A DNA stretch of 63,572 nucleotides, counting the filler, from Porpidia crustulata (Eukaryota), in assembly GCA_964255105.1 (NCBI GenBank). It is 9 parts of 9 records of this genome, joined end to end, with 100 filler letters (N's around TTAATTAATTAA, not from the genome) between each part and the next. Parts side by side here need not be neighbours in the genome. Positions count along the whole stretch, not along the records: positions 49,563 to 56,517 come from CAXUWE010001416.1; positions 56,618 to 63,572 come from CAXUWE010001417.1; 7 more parts are not named here. One strand, 5' to 3'. A program made the translations under genes and the position numbers. Under the pieces are notes generated by a model. The model had not been told where the DNA came from, ran no database searches, and saw nothing but the letters and a program-made list of their open reading frames with translations. Shown piece after piece: positions 49,563-60,715 of this stretch (position 1 is its first letter; every line of letters starts with the position of its first letter).

Positions 49563-51620
49563 ATATATATATATATTATGTAAACCTTGAATTTAGGATC
49601 TGGAATTACCGTTCCGGAACGGAAAAGGGAGCAGAGTCGCTTTAAGAGGAGCGCTAAGGGAACACTGAGGGAACACGGGAGAGCATCAAGGGAGCGCTGA
49701 GGGAGCATGAGGGAGGCGCAACAAGAGAGGGCAGATTCTGGCTCCTGACATGGCCGCACCACACTCGGCTACAATTGCTCCTGACCTTTGCCCAACAGTG
49801 TTGCCTAGACTTCTCCAGCTTCGCCAGCTCCTAGTCTCATCTTGTACCAATCAAAATGCTGCTGGTCCGCCACGAGCAGGGTTCCGCCGAGGGAGACAGG
49901 GTCTCAGAATGAAGCAAGGTAGGCTGGAGAGGGAGATGAGGGCCTAGTGGACGGTCCGTTCCGGCGTAGTCCTCCACGGTCTAGACGAGCACGACGTTGA
50001 ACGATCTAGTGGAGGTCAGTCGTCGAGAGGAGAGGGTCGATGGGGACCGATGTCCGATGAGAAAGTGGAGAGCATGAAGAGGCGTGGGCAAAACAATATT
50101 CCAAGGTTAGCGTGGGGAGAGCATAGGGTACCACCGTACGAGGGGGTAATCAGATCCGCCCTGGCGAGGATTGTGCTCGTTCGTTGGTGCTTCAACAAGA
50201 GACGAATCGAGCTTTGCTTTGGGTTGCCATTCTCCTACTCGAGTAAGGTCGAGTCGAGCGAGGACGAAAGAAACATCGTGACTGGGTTTTCGTTTCCTCA
50301 ATGAGAGAGCTTGTTCCCAATCCGGGGGTGATTCCATGCAGGCTGCGAATGCGCAACCATCAGGTAGAGCAACAGGCTCAGGTAGAGGTAGCAGTAGCAG
50401 TAGCAGTATGAGCTTTGTCTCTTTCTATTTCATGATCGCCATCACCAGTCATGGCAGGCGCTGTGCTTTTCACAAAAACGCCGTAGAGCGGCCGACGGAT
50501 GAGAGCCGTAAGAGGACAATGCTGCCTGTAAGCTGTCAGTCCCTGTCCGTATTCTCACCGGTCACAATTTCATTTTCGAGGTCGTGACACGTGCTAGTTC
50601 AACGGGGCAATAGTATTAGCAATAGATGTTACTTGTAGGGACAAGGACAGTGCCTTAGGTGGTGACTGGACGCCCTTGAAGGCAAAAAGGCGCTGAGAAA
50701 TAGGTCCAAGCGATAGGGCGTGGGAGGGGTTGCCGGAAGCCAATCGATTTTCTCTAGGGAGGGAGCTGATGGGCCTGAACAAGGTAGCTTTGGGCACCCA
50801 CGCATGCCTCTAGGGTCGGCATCATCCCCGGAATAGCGGCCTCCGTCCACACAAACGATTGTATAATATTGAATACCGGACAAACCAGCCATCAAGACCT
50901 TGTGTAACGCTTCCGCGTAAGCCTCTCCGTCGGAGAGCATGGTCAGGCTGCTTTTTCCCCGCTCGCGCCTAATAGTGGTAGAAATTGATTTCACTCCTGT
51001 CAGATCCCTTCACTGGCGATAGAATCCCCACCTCATGGGAACATCCCCGACGAATCGGGTGATTCCTAATCCCGTCTGAGCTGGGCGTCATCTGAGAAGA
51101 AAGAGAGGAAGAGAAACGGACAGAAGCGAATAAGAGAGGAAAAGCGTGATCATGCCCAGATGACCGCTGTATCCGATGACGAGGAGGAGGCTTCCGTACA
51201 TCATGATTTTTGCAAAGATGGTGGCTCGGGAATACAGGGTTCATTCTGCGGCAATTGTATCGGTGACTTTCTGCCATTGTGCCTTGAATAAGGGGCAGGT
51301 CGCCTTCTTGTTGCCGTAGAGAATGCATGGAAAGGAAATTATGCCACGATAAACTCGATATCGTCCAAAACAGTCGTTCCGTAGTCTAGTCATTTTGCTT
51401 CAGTAGTCTTTGAGTCAGGGTTTTAGCTCCCGTTGCTGTGAAAGGTGGCACACTAATAGGTGAATCCGAAGATATTTTCCTCTTTGTATCCGTCATCCCA
51501 AATCAATTTATGTGACTGATATGTTCGATGTGTTGTGCACGGTGTTTACTCGAGGATGCTACGGGTTGACTGGTGGATCAGAGCCGCTTGGACCTTGGCT
51601 TGGCCCCACGTCGCACAAGT

Positions 51621-51677
51621 CTCCACTAGAGGACCACCGAAATTTGTGTGTGGCATTTGGTGGTCACTCTAGTGGAG
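51621..51677. repeat. ~23-bp inverted repeat (hairpin) upstream of the tRNA
   Basis: CTCCACTAGAGGACCACCGAAAT ... ATTTGGTGGTCACTCTAGTGGAG. Confidence 0.85.
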
Positions 51678-51742
51678 GCCGCTAGGCTTACAAACACATC
51701 TATCAACTTATACATTGTTACGAGCATACGATAATATAAGTT

Positions 51743-51821
51743 GGTTCCATGGCTCAGTTGGTTAGAGCGTCCGACTGTTATGGGAATCGGGAGGTCGACA
51801 GTTCGATCCTGTCTGGAACCG
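51743..51821 (+). tRNA. tRNA-Asn(GTT) with a 5-nt intron (51781-51785)
   Basis: Acceptor stem GGTTCCA/TGGAACC, A-box TGGCTCAGTTGG, anticodon arm TCCGA-CTGTTA[TGGGA]A-TCGGG, T-arm GACAG-TTCGATC-CTGTC, followed by a TTTT Pol III terminator. Confidence 0.95.
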
Positions 51822-52845
51822 TTTTAGTCTGTAATTTGTTTTTGGGATGGGAGATGGGTATATGTTGCTTCAATCTTTTGACCCCTCGAGTATGTAACAT
51901 GAAGAAACGAACTGCCAAAGCTGTAGAAGCCTACCAAATGTTGATAATACTGTGTTGATTGTGTAAGTTGTATGAAAGAACTATGTACCTGAGTGAAGAT
52001 ATGCTAGCTAGTGCCATACTAGTTCCAACAGCTAGCCCGTGAAACCGAGTAGCATTAAAAAGAATTTCGGCAACCCCCAGACCGTTGACTCGGAGTTTAG
52101 GTCATTATACTATTATTCTGTATATTATTAGTGGCTATGCCCGTTTGCCTTACATTAAAACTCCGGATTTACTTCGGAACTTTTATATTTAGACCGCTAT
52201 AGGGCGGAGCAAACATTCACGAGGTAAGGGGATAAATACCAAAAAAATGGTTTAGCGGCGCTGATTGTCCTGTAAAACTTGAAAACACCTCACTGCAGTG
52301 CTGGGAGCACTTTACTCTAGGGTATGGGTATCCCCTTACCTGGTGGGGTGACTCTCGATTTGGCATTGAAAAGAACTGGGCTGGGACCCGCAGCTGTCCC
52401 CCCGGGAGTTGGGTTATTTACCATCATCTTATATTTTGTTAACGGCTACATTCTTTTGTTTTGCGTTAATGTTCTGGATTTTATTCGGAGCTTTTTGTTT
52501 TAAAATTGGCAGAATACCCTAGCGTGGAGTAAACACCTCCCAGTCAGAGGGGAAAGAGCATCAAACATGAAGTAGAGCTATTGGTATTTCTACGATATCA
52601 GGTATTTGGTGGGAAGTCGCAAACAAGATGTCATTCATGGCAGGCCCGGAAGGTAAAGAGACTTCGAAATCTTTCAGAGCTAAAACGAGGCCTCCTTCAA
52701 GGAGTTCATGCCAGAAAGATACGTTTGCTTCTTGGAAATCCAAGGATCTATGATTATACATATAAGCTCACTGATAGACTGGTAATTAGGAGATAGAATT
52801 ACAGTAGGTGGAAGACAACCAAGTCGGGCCTTCTCGCTTGTGTTA

Positions 52846-52892
52846 TCATTGCGACATTCACTTTGTCATTGCGGCATTCACTTTGTCATTGC
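52846..52892. repeat. 20-bp tandem repeat (~2.3 copies)
   Basis: TCATTGCGACATTCACTTTG TCATTGCGGCATTCACTTTG TCATTGC. Confidence 0.85.
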
Positions 52893-53221
52893 AATTCCAT
52901 GAATGCCCTTTGTTAGTCAGTCGCCGTCTCAGTATTCTTCTTCTTCTTCTTCTTCTAACTATATCTATCACCCTCATCCTGTGGACTTAGTACCTCAGCA
53001 ACGAATTCTTAAAGTCCAAGAAGTCTCTTTCTTTCAACAACCATACCTTTTTTTTGTTACGACCATTCCCTTCACTTTACAACCAGACCCTATCTCTTTC
53101 TGAGTATGGTATACTCTTTACATTCGTGTCCCTCTTTTTAGAACTAGGAAAATTCTTCTCTCAGTGGTGTTGTATCCCTGTCCTCACAACACAAGATCAA
53201 CAGCAAAAATACCTTTCGCCC

Positions 53222-56068
53222 ATGGATCTACCAGAACATAGTCCGGTCAGAAAAGCCTCCAGCATCATTTTGCAAGAGCCAATGAGTGACAAACGTGGAT
53301 CAGAACTGCAAGCTGACGAACATTCAATAAGCCTTGAGGAATCCACTTTAGCTGAAATGTCTTCAACTACTTTTCCAGATGTGATAGAACGCTTCAGCAT
53401 GATAATCAGAGTGATCAAAGGTTCAAAAGACCCATTATTTCAAGACTATGGACGCTTCATCGATCAGAAACTAGTCAACTCAGATCTGACATCTCTCTTC
53501 CGAACATGTATTGACACAGATGTTCTAGAGTGTCTTCAAGGAGAGAAGATAGATATTGGCATACTTAATTATGTAAAGGAACGCCAGGCTCGAAGAAAAA
53601 AAAAATTTCAGGGTGAAGGTGGCTACCTTGATTTCATAACAGATGATAGGGATGAAAGCTACCTTAAGTTCTACGTCGGCCAAGCCTCAAGCGTGTCGAG
53701 ACGCATTTCTCAGCATCGATCAAGTTTCGCACGAGGTCAAACGGACTCACTACACTATTACATCTTCGCATTGGGCCAAGAGTACCGACACTCCGACTTC
53801 ATTCGCCTGTTTCGCTCTCCATCTGAGATTTTTGGCCATTTAGATCCCAACAGAGAAGACGTCGTGATGTTGATGAACATTCTGGAATGAGCTATGGGCG
53901 TAGCATTTCGGTCCTTGACTCGAAATGTTCTAAATCGCTTTGAAACCGCAGGACATGGGGATTCAGAAGAAATAAATATGCATCTAAATGTGCTGAATCC
54001 TCTGGAGCAATCACAGCTCTCGTCTAGGGTGACAAGAATACATGCTCGGAATCAAATGCGGTTCTCTTCTGACGCGGAAATCAGGAGTTGGGCTTCCTTC
54101 CGTGAAAAGGTGGTCAGCAAGCGACTTAGAATGGGAAAGGGACTTTCGTCTTTCAAAGTGTTGAGAGAAAAATTAGCTGCATTATTTCAGCTTGAACTTT
54201 CGGAGACGACGGACGACCACATGCATGATCTCGACCTCATACCAGATGCAGCTGGAAGCAAATCCTTTGACATATTAGCGGCCTGTAGGAAGATTAGCGA
54301 AGACAACAGGCTGGGGACAAGGCTAGACCTGCCAGTTGGAAGCCTTCAAAAGACTCTCGTTGTGATTTACGGGTCCTCACAACAACACATACACAAAAGT
54401 CCACAACTGGAAACAGATCAGAATGCCCTGCCTTTCGGTCTTGATAAGGTAGGTCTAACTACACAAAATTCCCTTGTCTGGTCCTCTAACTTTGGGCTGG
54501 CGAGCAAGACTGAGATAAGTGAACTACTCGCAAATTCTCCATCATTGTACAACAAGCTCAAAGACCTTTCTGCGGAAATTCTAGATGCTAGTTCGGCGAA
54601 GGTAGTCATTCTGTGTGGCACGCATACACAGTTGATCATATCAGAATACAGAGAAAAGCTGAATCTCTCCGAAAGGCGGCTGCTAAAGTTCCAAGGTCAA
54701 GAAATCTCTCTCCATCTTGATATCCGTGACCGTAAAATCAGAAGGATATACCTAGATGCCCCAAAGCTCCTAGATGTGGCTTTCGGGCATGGTTGGGAAA
54801 AGAGGAGAAACATGAGCAGCGTATTGAAGATCAGCTCCCTCTTTTTGAAGTTGAATAATTTCCACTACAGATTCTACGAAAGGGCCTATGCGAAAGATGG
54901 ATTGTTTGATGCTTTGGGAAAAGCTAAGAGAGGAGAAAAAATAACGCCAGACTCGCTGAATGATGCTTTAATAGACTGGTTAGCTTGCAGAGGGTTTGAG
55001 ACTGCCGAAGATTTTAAAGAGCTTGCAGAAATCGGTGATAGGTCGCTCGGCGTATCCCTGCATATCCTCTTTGAAGTGTTAGGTCGGATTGCCAAAGTAT
55101 GTCGTAAGGATCAGGCCCCTGAAGATTGGAAGCAACTCGGAATCGTGTTCAACGAGTCTCCCCAATATTCCAAGTCCGTAAAAGAGAAAATGGCGAATCT
55201 TTGGAGCAAAAATATGAACCAGAAGCAGCCGAGCCTCCTCCAAGTGTCGATTAGAGGTGGACAAGAAACCGTTCAAGAGATATTAGATGATATGGCGATG
55301 CGAACGACACCTCAAGAGGAAGACATCCAAGACGTAGGAGAGAGCAGCGTATCCGAGAAAGAGATCTCCTCATATTTAGAGGGGTTTCGAAGCGCTTCCT
55401 TCTTGGCGTCTCAAAGGGAGCTGCTTAAAGCGACAGATGGCGAGATTGAGGAAATTGACCCGCAGCTGGAAGCCGAACTCTTTTATGAGCAAAAAAAGGA
55501 GCTTGCACTCGCACAAGAAATTGAAGTAGCTCGTATGCAAGCAGTTATCCCTAGCATGATGAAGGATGGCCTAAGTTTCCATCAAACCCGTTGGCGATTC
55601 CCATTGTACGCTGTTAACACAGTACGAACGGCATACAATTCGCGTTTCGTGGGCAGAAAACGGGAACCTACGATAATGAAGCACCGAAGAATTGAGCGAA
55701 TGTTCGGGGAAGAAGGACTTGTTTTTCACACCAACGATCTCCACATAATGGCACATCGTCTGAACTAACACTTCACTGAAGAGCACCATTCAAAACAGAT
55801 AATGCATGGAATCCCTCTGCGTGTTTGGATACGGATATTAAAGCCTACAGATGCGCAGGACCCATGGTATGCGGACGATTCAGATCCGCACCTGCAGACA
55901 TTCATCTTCAGAGTTGCCCAAGAGCATCAAACCGTCGAGGATTCAATTCCTTTCTTCCCGGAAATTTCAGGCTATGAGTCGCCGAGGACTATCAAACCAC
56001 CGGGTGAGAAGGAAGCCAAGACCAAAGAATTGGCGGGAAAATCGTGGAGAGACATGACGCGTGGTTAA
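53222..56068 (+). pseudogene. Intronless ~949-codon frame: GIY-YIG-like nuclease plus putative UDG-like domain, interrupted by two in-frame stops
   Basis: ORFs 53054-53890, 53894-55768 and 55802-56068 share one frame, separated only by TGA 53888-53890 and TAA 55766-55768. Motif GGY-x13-YVGQA..VSRRISQH..SLHY..LMNILE. Confidence 0.65.
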
Positions 56069-56517
56069 GCAAAGTCCAGAAACAAGCTGGATCCAAAGAG
56101 GCTTAGATAGATATGTGAGCCGCTCATTGATTACAGGGGCATGTTTCTAGTCGCTAACCATCATTCTTTATGTGCAGGTCTTGAATAAATTCATTGAAGA
56201 TCGAAGAATACCTATGCATTTTCGTATTCCAGCAAGGAAGTGTAGCAATGCAGATTTCCCGGGGATCAGCAATAAATCTTCATCTCAAAAGAGGGTCCAC
56301 TTACGTATAGGTAAAAGAACTATCTGTTTTTCAAGGCACTAGAAGAATCACACGCATCAATGCGAGGAAATGTCCTATCTCTTGCAAATTTTTTGGCGTT
56401 TGACATAGGACATGGAAGCATGTATGGTAGGTTTTTGCCAATTTAACCATTCTCACCATCAAGGTCTCCAGTTGTTTTTCACAGGTTCTGCGTTTTATCT
56501 TTTTTTTTGGGGGGGGG

Positions 56518-56617
56518 NNNNNNNNNNNNNNNNNNNNNNNNNNNNNNNNNNNNNNNNNNNNTTAATTAATTAANNNNNNNNNNNNNNNNNNNNNNNNNNN
56601 NNNNNNNNNNNNNNNNN
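56518..56617. other. Artificial contig linker
   Basis: 44 N + TTAATTAATTAA + 44 N. Confidence 0.98.
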
Positions 56618-57095
56618 GGGTTTGGGGAAGGAATAGATGCAACAAGCGAGCGAGTGAGCGAAGGAGCTGGGTGCCTTGATTGGGCTTTTATCGTGTAGTC
56701 CTGAGCTTGAATAGGTATAAACGTTGCCGGTTTAGCTGTTTCCTCCGTTTAGCCAACTAGCAAGCTATAATCGTTGACGTTCTGTTCTTCCTAGACTCTG
56801 ATCCACATCGCGAAAAAGGTTCAATTCTTTCCCTTTTGGGCTTGCGGAGGCCTTCATTGGATATTAGCGAATTATCCACCCGTCAAATCAACGACCACAG
56901 CATTTCCGCTCAACAACACCTGCCTTCCAGCGACAGCCCCAGCAGCTTTCCTCACCCTGAACTGCGCGAGCCTCCCTTCCACTTCCTCGATATCGCGCTG
57001 TCATTACACCATACGTTAGAACCAGGGTAAAATATCATCGAGGTATAAAAGTGCCACCGATGCCAGTCAAGAGGAAGAAGAGCTAACCCCTTTCT

Positions 57096-58245
57096 TCAGG
57101 ATCTCGAGATCTTTCTTGTATCGTTTGGTTTGCCGCTAGTAAAGATAATGTTAGCGTTAACTTTTTTCTGGAGTAGGTGGATGTGGGGTAAGCTTGCTTC
57201 GAGCTCGAGTTCTTCTTCTCCCATGGAGGGGTTGCGCGTTGAGCGCGGTTGAGTATGTGAATCGGATGTTAGGTCTGGAAGAAGGGAGATGTTGTCGTAA
57301 TTCGGACTCTCTAGTTCCTGCTTCATAGTGCCTGCAAGCGGAGTTTGGGCTGGTCTAGGATTTTGAATAACAACGGAATGTGTCGTGGTTCGTTTGCCGT
57401 TAGTCTGCGGCTGTGGTCTTGGAAGGTCACCATCTGGGTCCTTGTCAAGATTGGGTCCCCTAGTCCCTTTTCGCTGTTCTCGGGTTGTTATTGGATGAGA
57501 TGAAATGTCACTCGAGAGATCTCGAAAAGGATACTGATTGCCTGACCTGGAGGTTTCAGTAATAATGTCTTGAGATTGAGAAGGTATCTCTGTAGGATCC
57601 AGTCAGCTCAGTGGTTCTGAAAGCCATACCCGTAGGACATTACTGGCCTTTACAGTGCAAGACTTTGGTCTTATTCGAATTCCTATCCATGGACTTTTCA
57701 GCTTTCTCAGTCATGGCTATCAGTTTAAAGAATCTCCTCTTCCGATCAATTTCTATAAGCTTTAGTTTTCCGGGACCTTGTCTGCGACTGGATCTATCCG
57801 GGAAATTTGATTCTGGCGAAACATCCATTGGAACGATCTCCGGTCGATACTCGCAAGCTACTACTCTATCTCTGAATCCCAGTTTGTCTTCCGAACCACG
57901 GTCTTCACCATCCCATATCCTGTAGACGACCCAGCTTGTATCATGATATGAAGCTGGAAAACCCTTGACAATATAGCGGTAACCCCTCAGATCCAACGTC
58001 CAAAATCGGTGGTCTGTATTACCCCATGTCTGGCAGATTAATACTGATGTCGAGCCATTGAGTGGTGGCGAATGTCCCGAGTCGGTGCTTAGGAGAACCT
58101 TTTGGTTCATTCCAGGTTTGAGGTTTGCAGGAAGTCCGCTGTCAATAAACGGAGGTAGATGGTATTGATACCTCGCTTTGGCAAATTCGATCATGTAAAT
58201 CTCAATCTTCTGTTGCCCCTCGGCATCTTCACATGAATTCGTCAT
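57096..58245 (-). CDS. Hypothetical protein (probably two or more exons; 3' end uncertain)
   Basis: 201-aa ORF with an aromatic motif FWTL....YIVKG..YRIWDG..GF; a GCTGAC..CAG acceptor near 57592 opens a frame continuous with ORF 57326-57096. Confidence 0.5.
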
Positions 58246-60715
58246 TATGAGAAGGGGCAGGATCTCATTTGTTGGTCAGTTGAGAGAAAAAGCAGCTGTG
58301 CAGTGAGATTGGACAAGGACTATTAAACGAGGGTCTACCAAATCTGCTGGTGTAGGTGTTTTCGATGAATGCTGTAGACGGTCTGTAAGAGGTGGAAGTG
58401 ATAAGATACCGAATTTATTCGAGTATCTTGGATATTCACATCAGATTGTCACAAGCTAGTCAAATTGGTCTAACAGCCTAGGGTCCTTCTGGTCTTTGAT
58501 CGCGAGGCTAGCATCCCTCAATACATCCTTGGAGGATGATGTTGTGTCCTATCTTCAACCCCATGGAGCCAAAGTCGGCTGACCAGGCATAACTCTGGCT
58601 CTTAGCAGCCAAAGAGTCCATTCTTTACCATCTTATGTTACCATTGATGCAAGTGTACGTTATTTCTAGATTCTCACTTGACGAAATCGTGATGTTCTTG
58701 GCGCTTGGGCATGGATCTACTACCAAGATCGCTGGCTTCATCCATACGAGCAGCAGATGGGTCAGTCAAAGGCGTTACTGAACGACCCCAGGTAGCGACG
58801 GAATTCTATGTAATAAAGGATGGTGGTCGCTCCTTTGGAATCTTGTTGAAGTATCATAAGCGTGCGGATAGCCTCTCAGAGAATGCACTCCCACAAAGGC
58901 ACATGGCTGGTTAGGCCTACCCAGACCATCTAAGTCCTCGTCGCCATTGTGCTAGAAAGCCTCTTCCACTTTCCTTCGATTTGGCATAGATTGCACCTCA
59001 CGCTTCTTCGTAAAGATTAGTATCGAGAAAGTAAGACTGCTTGCACGCCAGATTGCTAGCAAAATGCTCGAGGCGGCCATCTTGAGTACTTTCAGGGTAT
59101 CAGCTTGTATTTATGTCCCATCCTTCCGATTGATAGTGATTGCGGCTTTAATCCCACCAGTTACGAATAGCATAGCGACCATGATTGCCAAGGTCTAATG
59201 AAGTGCTAACAAAGCCAGAAATAAAGCATGAGTAAGATTGTCCTTCCGACCTCCGGAAAGGCAAGTTGCTATGGGCCAAACTTCCATGGGCCAGGCAGAG
59301 CCGCTCGCACTGTTTTGTTGCTCTAACTTTCAAGGATGCGGTTATATCTTGAGACACCCACCCGGTTCTATTTTTGTCAACAACGCTCGACGAAGAGCTT
59401 CATCTTTCGTTGCATTCGGTGGAATTTGAAATGCTCGAGCTGCTACACTTGCTGCAAAATGCTGCAGACCGATCTCACTTGATGGCATGTAGCAAGAGCT
59501 GTGAAGGTATCTGCGTGGTTCAATTATCGTTCTGGGAAGGAGTAGAATGTCTTCTGATCATAAACCGTACGATTATCCTACCTGTCCAGCTAGGGCATGA
59601 AATGACTCCATCTACAATGTCGTTTTCTGCTTTTTCCTCATGATGGGCATCGTCAAGTGTCCTAACTCGACAACGCAGCAGTATTGCTTAGTGATCATGA
59701 GCGCTCAAGACATTTGCTAGGTCTGACAGGAGTCTGGAATGTGAGACTATAATTGACACCGTAGACACATTGAACGGTAAGTAAGAGCTTTCATACCGTC
59801 GTTGGAATTCGTCATTGTTTTAGAGAAGAGGACTCCAACACCCAACTCACATTGAACAGAAAGAGGCAGTTTTGGGAGCAGGTCAAGTTCAGTATCAACA
59901 GATAAATTTGTGTCCTGTGGTGTATTACAGAAAACTCAGATAATGATGAAAGGAGCGTAGTAGGATCCCAGAGCACCCAGCTGCCCTCAAGAGTGCTGGG
60001 TTGAGTTCCCGAAGTAGCCGCTCCCGCATGGCGAGGACTCACGTATATTGCGTCTTGTATTGGAGCGTGGCCGTCAAATTGTTGGGCTGCTCGGGCATCC
60101 TGAACATTGCCTTACCACTGAAGAATCTTTCCCAAGGATCGCTCAAGGAACGTTGGATTAGGAAGAATTCATTGCAAGTGGTGACAGGGAATCCTTGACA
60201 CGGTCTCCTCGTTCAGCCCAAGAGCAATCTTGATAGCCATCCCAGATTTTGTACTTACAGGGCCTATAGGGATTGATCTTCCGGGCTTCCTTGATGTTCA
60301 TATATACGTTTATGATACCCCCTTTGCGCGTAGGTTGGATCGATCTTGGGTCAGATCAAAGCGTGAAAGCCCTCGTCTGAGAACGGGAGCTGGCTTTATC
60401 CCACGTCTTTTGCTTTAGTCTTGTCATTCTTCAAGATGAGGCTGGACACTATTCTACACTGTATGATAACCATTAGGAGAGCCTCAAACCTGCTACTCTC
60501 TGGAGACTCTGGCTTCGAGCTAGGGTGGATCGGCTCCAATGTTACTGCACTCGTCTTTCCGCTCTTATTTCGGCAGTATTCAAGGGGGTATTAGGAAACT
60601 TCCAGGCATCCTTCTCACTTAACGCTTTTCGGATGTCCTGCCTGATATTTCCCTCCTGATGGTCGTAGTCTCGGAATCAGCACGAAAATAGTGCGAGGAT
60701 TTTGCTCTCGGGAGA

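Noticed and set aside
49750..51328. Several overlapping ORFs upstream of the tRNA
   Set aside because: No consistent frame, splice model or domain could be built; may be a decayed gene but is unsupported.
628..56068. Stop-codon reassignment (alternative genetic code) to explain the in-frame stops
   Set aside because: All three stops end conserved genes at the expected places (TGA OTU1 and Trk, TAG RidA and prefoldin, TAA laeA and NOP56), and internal stops are rare and of all three types.
7057..56573. Regularly spaced TTAATTAATTAA repeats as a CRISPR-like or biological array
   Set aside because: Each is centred in 44+44 N; this is a synthetic six-frame stop linker.
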